From contig NW_025963890.1 in NCBI RefSeq assembly GCF_023055435.1, forward strand, positions 19,282,001 through 19,345,840: DNA of 63,840 bases. Reading direction: 5' to 3'. Source of the stretch: Haliotis rufescens (lineage: Eukaryota). Below, piece after piece: positions 13,181 to 23,838 of this stretch (positions are counted from its first letter, which is position 1; each line of letters starts with the position of its first letter). A model generated the notes under the pieces. It searched no databases. It had not been told where the DNA came from and was given only the letters and a program-made list of their open reading frames with translations. A program made the translations under genes and the position numbers.

Positions 13181-13833
13181 ATATTTCTTTCGTCTGGCAT
13201 ATTTCAAAGGCTGGTTTATATTATATATAAGACCCGCATTATTATATGTTCAAACTATTGAAGCTATGATGAGTCAGAGGCTCATTCACTATGTTACAAA
13301 AGTTACAGATGCTATTATCAACTACTTTAATTTTTATTGAATCATAATTCGATATAGAACCCCACATTTATAATTCAATGTAGAACCCACATTGAACATC
13401 GAGGATTTTAACACCCTTGATTTATTCTAGATAAAAAGAACTATATCTTTTCACGTGATATTCATGAATGTTCCCTCGCTCTTATGAAATGCATGCACAA
13501 GGCTAATGTACCATTCTAAGTACTTAAAGTATTAATGACAACTGAACGCATACAACTATATTGTCACGATATGTTCAGTGGAAAAGAGTTTGTTGAATAA
13601 AATAATAAAAATCATTGTTTAAGAATTGACGATAATATTTTTGCAATCTGCATGGGGAATTACGCAAACTGGGCCCACTATCTGTTTACGTTTATAACTC
13701 TTTAAAAGCAAAAACATATTGAAGCCGAATGTTATAAATAAATATAAACTCCGTTCTTAAATTATCAACACAAAAATAACTAGACAGCAATTCGAAATCA
13801 GTGACATCGTCCAGTGCAATACTGCAACACAAG

Positions 13834-14114
13834 GGGGCACGGGTGGCCCAGTCGTCTAAGGCGCCGCGATTCGCTGCGCAGGGTTGCGTCCCTTGGGCAC
13901 GCCAGAAACCTATGATTGTGGGTTCGAATCCCGGTTCGCCCCAATAATCTTTCTAGGTTTGTCAGCACCATACCCGTGCTCGTTGGTTTCACCGAAGTGG
14001 TAAACGTCCGTGACCTGCATCACTTCGGGCTTTCCTCCCACATTAAGCTGACACGCCGTGATATAACTGGAATACTGTTAAAAGCGGCGTTAAACCAAAC
14101 TCACTCACTCACTC
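13834..14114 (+). mobile_element. tRNA(Leu/Ser-like)-derived SINE, family C (V-SINE-like core)
   Basis: A box TGGCCCAGTCG, B box GGTTCGAATCC, core ..CACTTCGGGCTTTCCTCCCAC.., tail AAAAGCGGCGTTAAACCAAA(CTCA)n. 13-bp TSD ACTGCAACACAAG at 13821 and 14115. Confidence 0.9.
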
Positions 14115-14782
14115 ACTGCAACACAAGTCACCGCCCATACTGTTATCGGCTAATCAGGGAAGAGCAGTCCGTCGGCAGGTGTGGCCTAATTTTTTAAATG
14201 CCACGGAATCACTTGCAATTTATTTGTTCCAAAATATACCGGGAAAAATTTATTTTGCCTGTGGTTTTGCACAAATACTTTAGTGATCTGGATGTCCTGC
14301 AAATAATGATCCATGTGAAAAACTAGACCTTCGAGTCAACCATTCAGTGAAACTAATGTATGTGTTGAAGCAGCGACAGAAACAATATTCTGTCTCTGAC
14401 TGATAAACATCGATGAAACAACGTTAACTGTGCTCGTCGTGCCTGTAGCATAACATGCCATGCTGATAAAAGTTTTACTCAGTCTGCCTTTTTTGGTCAT
14501 CAAACATAGAGAATAACTAGTGATAAACCCTTTCCTTTATTATTTGAAAACAACTGGGTAGGTTTTAGCTTAAAAGACTTGCTTGAATTCTGAAGTATTA
14601 AACACACGGTTTATGAGCCCAGGAAATTATAACACACAAAAAACAACAAATCCTGAATTTGTTCGTAGAGCTGTATTACGCCATGGGATTGCATTGGACA
14701 GTCTGTCGATTATCCGGAAGTGACATACGGTGACGATTGAGGTCAACGGGCGACCACATATACAGTATGTTAACGTCTTCTT

Positions 14783-14926
14783 TTATTGGGCGTCACCTGT
14801 GAATCGGCCAAATGTGCAACAGGCCTGTGCGGTTCCTGTGCATCGGAAGTTTCGCGGTTGGAATAGGGAGTTCAATCCAAAAACTACCGAATTTGAGGTG
14901 GAATCTTGTTCGACCCCGGTACACAG
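14783..14926 (-). CDS. SOD-like gene last coding exon (LCTG...ACCTFGRFTGDAQ*)
   Basis: TTTTCTGTTTTCAG acceptor, phase 0, TAA stop. Minus-strand AATAAA near 14536. Confidence 0.85.
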   Translation of the reverse strand: MCTGVEQDSTSNSVVFGLNSLFQPRNFRCTGTAQACCTFGRFTGDAQ

Positions 14927-17900
14927 CTGAAAACAGAAAACCACAAAAATCAACAACAAAAACTGATCAAGACATTCAGAGAGCCTGCTTTGTTCGACTA
15001 TGGTCACAGACGCCAACCATTACATCAGAAACATATTCATTATAGTCAGGGCATAATTTTATAAAAGCCGGACGAGACATAAACGACGATATATGTCTGT
15101 ATAGTTTAGTGAGTGAATAGCGTTAACCACCACCTTGAGAGTGTGAGAGAGTTGTGTTTAACGTCATTTTGAACAGTATTTCAGCTTATAACCAGGTCGG
15201 ATGCTTGCGTGACAAAGGGACGGAAATTATACAGCCAATTGCAGCGCTTTAAAAGACTGGGCCGTTCGTGTCCCCCTTTAAGCTTGGTTTCCTTGCTGAA
15301 AAAGGAGTCAAGCCTTGTCGATGCAAACTTACGGCAATGGATATTCCAAAGGCCTCTTGTAAAGATGAGATGGGGAGAGTTCTGAATGTTTTCGTCGGCA
15401 CGGTTTGGCTAGGTTGGAGGGTCAATGTTTCTAAGACACCATTGTTGGTTCCAAGGTTGAAAAATGGGTCGAAGTTCCCCCTGTATAAAGTAAATAAGAA
15501 TATTTAAGTTGTACAATTGGTGTAGTGTACACATCCTTATTTGTATTTATGTCAAACAATTAACACGTTATTCTGCATCGTAATACAAAATGATGGCAAA
15601 CATGTTTCATACAGTAATTCTATTACGTTCTATGTCAAAGTTGAATTAAACTCGAACATGAGAGCCTGATACACATATCAATGGCAACAACACAATGGAC
15701 TTTTCATAATATAATATAATTCCTAACACACTTTTATAAACACCGAAACAGCGATAATGATGCTCTGGAAATACTGTAGCACTACTAACATGGCATTACA
15801 AGAGTCAACTCTCACATTTTCGCATGTGCTTTTGTACCAACATATGTCTCCTGCGGCAGTTTTATGTTAACGACCTTCGATATTTATGTTAAACGTTCAT
15901 GGAACCTCAAGGCTAACAGTTTACAGTTTGTTTCAGTTCATCCTCGCAAATTAGCACTATCATAGCTGGATGACGCTAAATTCTAACCCAGAACCCATAT
16001 GGGAAGTTCCATAGTAACGCGAAGTATTGGTACCTCTGGAGAATAGTCCCAAGGTTAGCAGCACTGCATCCACCCGTATTACTTCCACCCCCAAGAGATG
16101 TCAGAACGATGTTGGCCGTTCCAGAGGCAGCCGCGCCAGTCGTGATGTCCACAACTAGTTCCGTTTGGAATCCAAGCTAAAACGCAATCAGCGGTTCAGA
16201 AATTGTAAGACATATTTTATTAGCATGCGAAAGAATCGGGATGGCAATAGAAAACGTACGCAAAACACTGAAAGAATCATAGCCCTGTAACATTACCCAT
16301 AACTTTTGAAACGGGACTGTCTGAATACGAGCCATTTTCCCTTTGAAAATAGAGACCACCATTTGGATATTCGGGAGGGGGTGGGGATACACTTTTTGAG
16401 CTGTTTTATTTATTTTTAATACAGTTCCAGAAAATAATGGGAAGAAATACGTTGCCAAAGATTTTACCAAAAAATGTTCACTGGGTGTTCTGAAAACGAG
16501 AGAGACAAAATATGTTTGTTTTGAAGCTGCGTCTCGAAGAAAAACACAGAGCGCTCTCCACTTCCCCCGACTATTAAATGATGTGTCTCCCGGGGTAAAT
16601 GTTGACTGACTGTATCCATAAAGCAATAACTAGATGAATAGTGTTGTTTGAATTTTTTTAATCAAACGTGCCAGAAAAAAACAATCTGATCACGACAATT
16701 TCAATACGGGTAACATATGAAGTCAAGTATCAGTCAAAACTTACGAAAATATTAACGAGTGTCCTTCGAATAGTAGCAGTGAATGTGACCCCAGTCCCAG
16801 CAGTGTCCATTGACGTACACACAGCTGTAGTTGCTGAAACAAAGTAACTCGACGTGAAATGTTTTCATCTGATGCTTTCCTTTAGTGTTAGGAAGCTAGT
16901 GGTTAAAGCGATCGCTAGTCACATTGAAGGCTCTGGTTCGATTCCCCACATTAGGATATTGTGTGAAGCCCATTTCTGGTGTTCTCCGCTGTGATACTGC
17001 TGGAAATTGCTACACAAGGCGAACAATCTTACTCTTTTTGAGTACATTGAATGAGTGAATATTCAACGGTCTTTCTATTCTATTGAGGTATGTCAACATA
17101 ATATGGAATGAAAGCCCATAGCCATTCATGGCCTAGATGTTTGACACTGTGGTGAAACTTACAAACCAAGGATCATATTCGTAAGGATCAGCAGATCCTG
17201 GTAATACTTAGTGATATATAGAGCGAATTATGGCGCTCGGACGATGGGGCTACTTCTACCCACATTTGGAATAGATACATTCGACTAAAACAAAGTTATG
17301 AATGAAAAGAGGGACTATATAATATCAGTATCTGTATTCAGATTTTGTATGAAAACTACATTCAGTTAACATTCACGATGAAATGCAGCTGTTTGATGCT
17401 ATCGGTTGAAACCTGCACAACCTACGTACCTGGATTAGCATTTCCAGCCATGGGATTTACAACGCCTGGGTTGCCAGCGATTCCACCGATTCCACCGATT
17501 CCACCGACTCCACCTAAACGAGGGGTAAAACCTGGGGTAAAGCCAGGGGTTAAGCCAGGGGTAAAACCAGGGGTAAAGCCAGGGGTAAAGCCAGGGGTAA
17601 AGCCAGGGGGAAAACCAGAGGGCAAAACTTGGTTTGGGCCAGGGACTCCGATCCCAATTCCTGCGGTTCTGACAGCGTTGCCATTTGTTGCAAATGAAGC
17701 AGGTGATCCTGGGCGTCCCCACCCCGTACCAGATTGTCCTGCTGATGCTCCTGGTCCTCCTGATCCACCCGATCCTCCCGTTCCAGATTGTCCAGGGTTG
17801 CCTCCCCATCCTGCCTGTGCACTATTGCCTACCCATCTCCCTGCACCGGCTCCGCCTAGGCCATTTTGAAAACGAATTGGTCCCCATTGTCCTGATGTGA

Positions 17901-17958
17901 GTTGTAACGTGACCAAAAGTCCCAAACAGACAATCAACGTCAGTTTAAGTCCTGACAT
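14783..17958 (-). CDS. Secreted 350-aa protein: signal peptide, Gly/Pro-rich region with (PGFT)7, then a His-free Cu/Zn-SOD-like domain. Coding exons 17958-17430, 16833-16745, 16176-16034, 15480-15333, 14926-14783
   Basis: All four introns are GT-AG and phase-compatible (1,0,2,0). The spliced CDS is 1053 nt and open to TAA. Signal peptide MSGLKLTLIVCLGLLVTLQLTSG/Q. C-terminal motifs ATTAVC, GGCSAANLG, GISIALC and AQACCTFG parallel SOD ATKAVC, AGCTSAG, GRTLVVH and RLAC(C/G)VIG. An acceptor just upstream of the ATG (exon starts 17965) implies a 5' UTR exon. Confidence 0.85.
15333..15480 (-). CDS. SOD-like gene exon (GNFDPFF...GISIA)
   Basis: TATACAG acceptor, GTAAGT donor, phase 2 to 0. Confidence 0.82.
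16034..16176 (-). CDS. SOD-like gene exon (LGFQTE...GGCSAANLGTILQR)
   Basis: TTTTAG acceptor, AG/GTACC donor, phase 0 to 2. Confidence 0.82.
16350..16592. mobile_element. Possible MITE in an intron of the SOD-like gene
   Basis: Imperfect terminal inverted repeats: AGAGACCACCATTTGGATATTCGGGAGGGG versus GGAGACACATCATTTAATAGTCGGGGGAAG (reverse complement). Confidence 0.4.
16745..16833 (-). CDS. SOD-like gene exon (ATTAVC...VNIF)
   Basis: TTTCAG acceptor, GTAAGT donor, phase 1 to 0. Confidence 0.82.
16888..17035 (+). mobile_element. Degenerate SINE family A copy (intronic)
   Basis: CTAGTGGTTAAAGCG..GGTTCGATTCCC..TGTGTGAAGCCCATTTCTGGTG. Confidence 0.8.
17430..17958 (-). CDS. First coding exon of the secreted Gly-rich/SOD-like gene
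   Basis: ORF 17422-17958 with signal peptide and G/P-rich repeats; donor CCAG/GTACGT at 17430. Confidence 0.9.
17521..17610 (-). repeat. 12-bp coding tandem repeat encoding PGFT x7
   Basis: CCAGGGGTAAAG-type units on the + strand. Confidence 0.9.
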
Positions 17959-18630
17959 CTTTCACCTGTAAGAATTAGAGAACGAAACCCCAATTGTATA
18001 CCACTGACTCGAGAATGAATATGCGTAATTGTAATCACGTAAATGAAACCCATTACATAAGCATCAGACAACTCTTGCTAACAGAATTGTCCTTCGACTA
18101 TATCATAACATTGTGTTTATAAACTACTTTCAAATGGTGAAAAGGTGACCTTAACCCGCCTCAGTCATGGCATTGATTTTAAATCTGCCAGAAAAGTATA
18201 TATGTATGTTACATGATAAATTGCTTATTAGTAAATTCAAAAATTCAAAAATGTCAATGTATATTTTAGACATTGATAAGAATAAAGAGAAGCTGAAATG
18301 TGGATCTCTTAAAGCTGCAAATGAGAGGTTGAGGATGAATTTCATGTTTTATTAGTATGTGAGAAGTTTGAAAAGTATATTCCGATTTTAACAATATGTA
18401 TAAAAACAAGATGTTAATGATCAGTCTTATGAAACCCAACAACTCTTATATGATACGTTCGCTTGCCACATTATTGAAACACATGCTCTCTGTCAGGTAT
18501 TTTCGTACATAAAATATATCACGTGACTAAAAAAATGAAATGTCAACAGTACACAGCCTTAAATGCCGAATAAAATGTCTGTCTGTCTCAATCGGTCATG
18601 CCATTAATTTGTCTTTAACTTCTTTTTAAT

Positions 18631-18868
18631 AGGGGGGCATGGATCGCCCAGTCGTCTACGGCGCGGAAATTCGCTGTGCAGAACCATTGTGGGTTCGAAT
18701 CCCAATTCGTCCGATTATGTTTCTTGATTTGCCAGCACCATACACCGAGATCGTTGGTTTCACCAAAGTGGTAAACGTCCGAGACCCGCATCACTTCTGG
18801 CTTCTCCCAACATCAAGCTGACACGCCGGGATACTGATCACAGCCGCGTTAATCACAACTCAATCACT
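18631..18868 (+). mobile_element. SINE family C copy (internally deleted)
   Basis: GGGGGCATGGATCGCCCAGTCGTCTA..GGTTCGAATCCC..AAGCTGACACGCC. Confidence 0.85.
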
Positions 18869-18990
18869 GTTTTTAGCAATATATGTTCACCAGTAGTACA
18901 AATTGTGAAGAAACACAGACATTTAAAGAAATGGAGAAATTAAAATTAATTAAATGCCATGTATATATCCAGAGACCAGTGTTAGCTTAC

Positions 18991-19055
18991 CTTCTTCTGG
19001 GAAAACCTTTCGCAGTTGTAAGACATGGGAGGAACCAAGCATCATTTTTATGTTG
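18991..19055 (-). promoter_or_regulatory. Candidate short 5' UTR exon and TATA-like box of the SOD-like gene
   Basis: Strong donor AAG/GTAAGC at 18991/18990 and CATAAAAA about 55 nt upstream on the minus strand. Speculative. Confidence 0.3.
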
Positions 19056-19539
19056 CTCCAAGGGATGTCAAAAAAACATCGCAGGCATCAATCAAACACT
19101 ATGCATTCCACCGGAAGTAGGCTGCTCACCGAAGCCAGCTATTACTTGTACATGACATATTTATCATAATTTGGTTTGTCCTATTAACATGCATTTTTAC
19201 AAATTTATTCACCTATCGTTTAATCTGTATATCTGTATGGCGTATCTAACATACGTCGACTGGCTTTACCAATGTCTTCTAATCCATGATAATATTCCTA
19301 CACTAACTGTATTGTGTATAACAATGTGTATGTAATCGACACACCACTGAGACATGTACCAACCTATCTCGAGAGTATCAACCTCGAATTTGAGCGGATT
19401 CATGATACATATACGTGAAAACATAATTTGTTTTCCAATCTTCTGGTGTAAAATACAACAATAGTTTTTATTGTCATTTTCATTGTACTGTGTGTGTCAT
19501 TGATACTGTGTGATATGCATAGATATTTTCAAGCATTCA

Positions 19540-19940
19540 AGATTCGCCCTGATGATGTTTCTAGGTTTGTCATCACCATACCCCAACTCGTGGATTCCAC
19601 CAAAACGATAACCGTCTGCGGCGTGCATCACTTCTGGCCTTCCCATATTATCAAGCTGATATGACTGACATACTATTCAAAGCGACGTTAAACTAAACTC
19701 ACTCATTCACGTCCCACATGAAACTTACAACTTCGTTCGCAATACCTAATTCTAAGCTGTATGTATGTCCCTAGGGATCGCAAGAAACCTATGATAGGGG
19801 GTTCGAATCCCAGATTCGCCCTGATTATGTATGTTGGTTTGTCAGCACCGTATCCATGATCGTTGGTGTCAACAAAGTAGTTCACACCTGCATTATTTCT
19901 GGCTTTCCTCCGATGTCAATCTCACACGCCATGATAATGA
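19540..19940 (+). mobile_element. Two adjacent partial SINE family C copies (about 19540-19705 and 19730-19940)
   Basis: Both contain GATTCGCCCTGAT..GGTTTGTCA.CACC..TGCAT(C/T)A(C/T)TTCTGGC; the first keeps the GCGACGTTAAAC(TCAC) tail. Confidence 0.75.
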
Positions 19941-20744
19941 AGGCGTTGTTAGTTTCTTGATACTACTCAACCAGAACCAGTTCCATAATATATCACAGCG
20001 ACAGGATGAATTATAAAATCATAATAAATATTTGATTGTAAAGAGTTAGATCATATCATGGTATTATGTTGCTAAAGATATCTTAAGAACACTGACACAA
20101 GAACATTGCAAACATCCGGTACTTGTTCCGTACTATCATTCTTCAATTGAAACAAATCTTTTTAAAAAAATGAGACGGTAATGCCTGAAGTTACATGAAC
20201 TAAATGTGACATAAAACTATCATGTTTGAAAATGTCAAAATGTCTTTTTGGTTTGTTTCAGCATTTTAACAAGGTCATTTCATGAATAATATTTAAGTCA
20301 TCCCTCATTGGACCATGTATCGATCAATCAATCTATAGTTATCGGCTCTGACCGCAGGAAATTATTAGCCTGAAGGGTTGTTCCGGGTCCACGCCGCACC
20401 CAATCAATTAGATGGCGAGCAAGCCCCTGGGTAATCGTGTAGGCGCCCGGATGTGAGACTGGCGAAACCAGATGGCGTTGCTTGTGTGTCATGATTTGTA
20501 AACGAAACATCGTCTTACGTAAGAAAAGGCGGAGTCTGGCATTTCAAACTAAAAAAATCCATTTCGATCATATTTAAATGACATGTGCTTTAACCCTAAT
20601 GAAAACTTGATATTTTGTAAGGATGGTCATAACCGCTCCCGAATGCGTCATATCTCCAAAGCCTGGCGAATATAGAGGAGTGACTGTTGCATGTTGACTT
20701 CATCTGTGTATTTGTAACCACATCGTGACTTCCGCCAATTACAG

Positions 20745-20890
20745 AGGCTTGTCAGCACCATTGTCGTGGGTTTCATCAAGTGGTAAACCTCTGAGACCTG
20801 CCTCACTTCGGGTTTTCCTCCGACATCAAGCTGACACGCCTTCATAAAAAAAACAACTTTTCAAATACAGCGTAAAACCAATCTCACTTA
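20745..20890 (+). mobile_element. Partial SINE family C copy
   Basis: TTGTCAGCACCA..AAGTGGTAAAC..CACTTCGGGTTTTCCTCC..AAGCTGACACGCC. Confidence 0.75.
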
Positions 20891-23487
20891 ATCGCTTAAC
20901 CATATCCCACGCCATACAACATTATGAAAATGTTATTTAAGTCAAATGAGAGAATATTCATGCTTACAAGTAGGCAAGCTGACAACCATCGACTGACTGG
21001 TCCACCAACTTCGACTAATGTTTAAGTGAAAGAAAGGGAAAAATAATTAGGTGATGTGGGTTGACCACGTTTGACTGAATCTAGGTAATGAGGTGATGTG
21101 GGAATGGAAAACCCCACACTTGAGTTTTTAAGGGGTGGCCACACTGCTGGGCAAGTTTTCAGAAGACACTGATCATATACAAAGCCAAGTCGAGTTTTCC
21201 TCAGAAATCACAACACGTGATACATGGAAATTAAACCAGTATATGCAGAAAAGCAAAGCAATAACCAACTATGAATTGCGCAACCGCAGTACTGGTTCCC
21301 CTGTGTGCTCAATAATGGACACTACCAACGTAAATCAATGCCTGTTTTAGGTGATGTTAACTTTGATTACCTCAAGCGGTAATAAGGGATCTAGGTAATA
21401 GGTGATCCGTAAATTAGCGGATGTGAATGGGAATCAACGAGTTTGCTTTCAAAATTGTATTAACTTCATCATTGTTTATTAAGAGATTTCATTTCAACAC
21501 TTCCAATTTGCAAATAATTCTATTGTTTTGCAACAAATACTCGAGAGGGAGAATCATTAATGCAAACAAAAGCAGAGTCGCGTTGTTTGTTTACCGATCG
21601 ACTTAAATCGCCCGTTAAAGGCATACAAAGAACGCCGTTTAGATTGCTGTTGTATTGCCCTTGTTCGCATTCTCCTCGTGCCGTGTGCCATGACTTGTTT
21701 TTAATAAAAAGACAACATGCCTTTTGGCTTACAGTGAATATACGTGACATTTGAACTCTTTGGAATTTGACATACATGTACAAGGTTTAAATGGTATCTC
21801 TTTTTGTGTGTAGTGCGTCGCGGGGGACTGCTCAGAAACGATAACAATGGTTGCAATTGCACAACAGCTATTTCAGAACCAATTTGGAATACCAGAATAT
21901 TTATCCACACACACATTTTTTGTTAGCTTGTGTTGGGTTGTGAGAGCTGAGCCAGCATCAATCCGAGGTATCGTTGACAGGAGACCCAGGCAATACTGAA
22001 AATAAATACCATGGATCTCCAAAGATATTTAAATCGTTTCCTGCATTAGTCAGTATTGCACTCGTTTGACGCCGCACTTTAGTTTCATGTACATCTAAAG
22101 ATTGCGTTTGAAATAGCCCTCCCTTTTTAAGTGACGAAACTAATGTTGTACTCGATTATTAACTAATATAATCTATTACATACACATATAATCAATTGTC
22201 TTTCAGTACCACATCAACTGGGATAATTGATACGAACGGATTTAAATAGTGTTACAATAAATACAAACTGCAAGAAAATCTTTATGTTGGATTTGAGTCT
22301 ACTTTGTTGATTGAACAAAACTGAATTAAACCTACTAAACATTGTCAGTTGTCAACGAAGTAGCAGTAAGAGCGATGTTTGATGTACCCACGTATTTATC
22401 ATTTGTCAATGTACTAAACATACTTTCAGGGTGAAACTACATTTAATTAACCCTAAACAAAACCCTTTCTACAATCACAAGAACTATGTCATAAGAATTT
22501 ACAATAGCCCGAAAGTATTTTACAGAATATGTGATCATTTCTCTCATATAAACCATATTTATTTCAAATTTTAAAGTAGAAATATAGAAACATCTTCTAA
22601 CTGCAATTATAATATGATAAATGTGCTGGTATACGTAAATGTACATTCTTCTTTTATAGTTTGCAAACCATTTTGGTGAGCAGGCCTACTTAAAATCCAC
22701 GGCTTGTAAATAAATTAAAAAATAAATTTAGTCGAGCACAGTAAAAATAATCACATTTCCCAGACGGAGATTAGAGAAAGAAAGCTTGAAGCTTAAAACA
22801 ACAAAGTAAATTCTTTAAGGACAACGCAAACAACAGCCTTCTCTAGGCATCAGCCAAGAGCAGGCTGGGGCCTGGGGTTCCTTGAAGCGACTGCTGCGGA
22901 GGAAAAAGCGGACTTTATCCCCCAAGCTGGGTGGGGAATAGTTGTTGTATGTTCAGAGGGAGGACTTTTTTACACTTATATGCTTCCGTGAACAGATACC
23001 CGTCCAAAACAATTAGAAGCGTAACAGCGCTGGTGATCTCACAAGCAATATTCAAATACAGTGCAAGGCTATGGATTCGAGTCTGATGCCATGATTACAT
23101 AATATATATCTGATGGTTTGTCTTAGAAGCTATAGTGTACAAAAACGAAGGCGTTTATAGACAGCGGAGGTCTTGAATAAATAAAATTCGTGTATTTAAA
23201 TCTGTTTGTGAGACTTTATTTGTAAGATCTGATAACATCCGCAGCAAGGTAACATCATTTCCCAAAGAGGAATAGTATTGGCCCAAGTACGATTGCACAA
23301 TACTACTAATACAACAATTCCCGTAAACAGACTTCTGTTTTAATCAGCTGTTTCTCTTTAGCACATGTTCCGATGGAAGTTAGATCACATAATCAACAGT
23401 GGTCTGTTTGGTAAACCTCAGCCACTGACACACCATCGCATTGACTTCCTTATTGATATCAAGTGAAACTGAAGTTACACCTACAGA

Positions 23488-23838
23488 ACCGCCTCCGTGG
23501 TCTTGTGGTAGAGCGTCCGCCCGGAGAGCGGAAGGTCCGGGGTTCGATCCCCGACCGCTTCATACCAAAAGACGTTAAAAGATGGTACTTGTTGTTACCC
23601 TGTCTGGCGCTCGGCATTAAGGGGCTAAAACAAGGACTGGTCGGCTCGGAGTCAGTATACTGTGTCTGAGTGGGGTATTCATGTTCAACGGCGGCATGGT
23701 ATCTCAGTGAGCTAGCACTATAAATCGGCATCAGTCCGGTCTAGTACAAGCAGCCACACAAACACACACACGTACATGCACGTCGCTATATAAGTGTAAT
23801 AATCTTGGACGCGACGTTAAACCCAATTTCACCTCACC
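23488..23838 (+). mobile_element. SINE family B copy
   Basis: Near-identical to 5973-6328. 12-bp TSD TACACCTACAGA at 23476 and 23839. Confidence 0.92.

Noticed and set aside
17345-17900. Plus-strand 174-aa (PGVK)n ORF and the alternative-frame (PWLY)n/(PLAL)n ORFs
   Set aside because: Shadows of the G/C-rich 12-bp repeat. Only the minus-strand frame has a signal peptide and phase-matched downstream exons.
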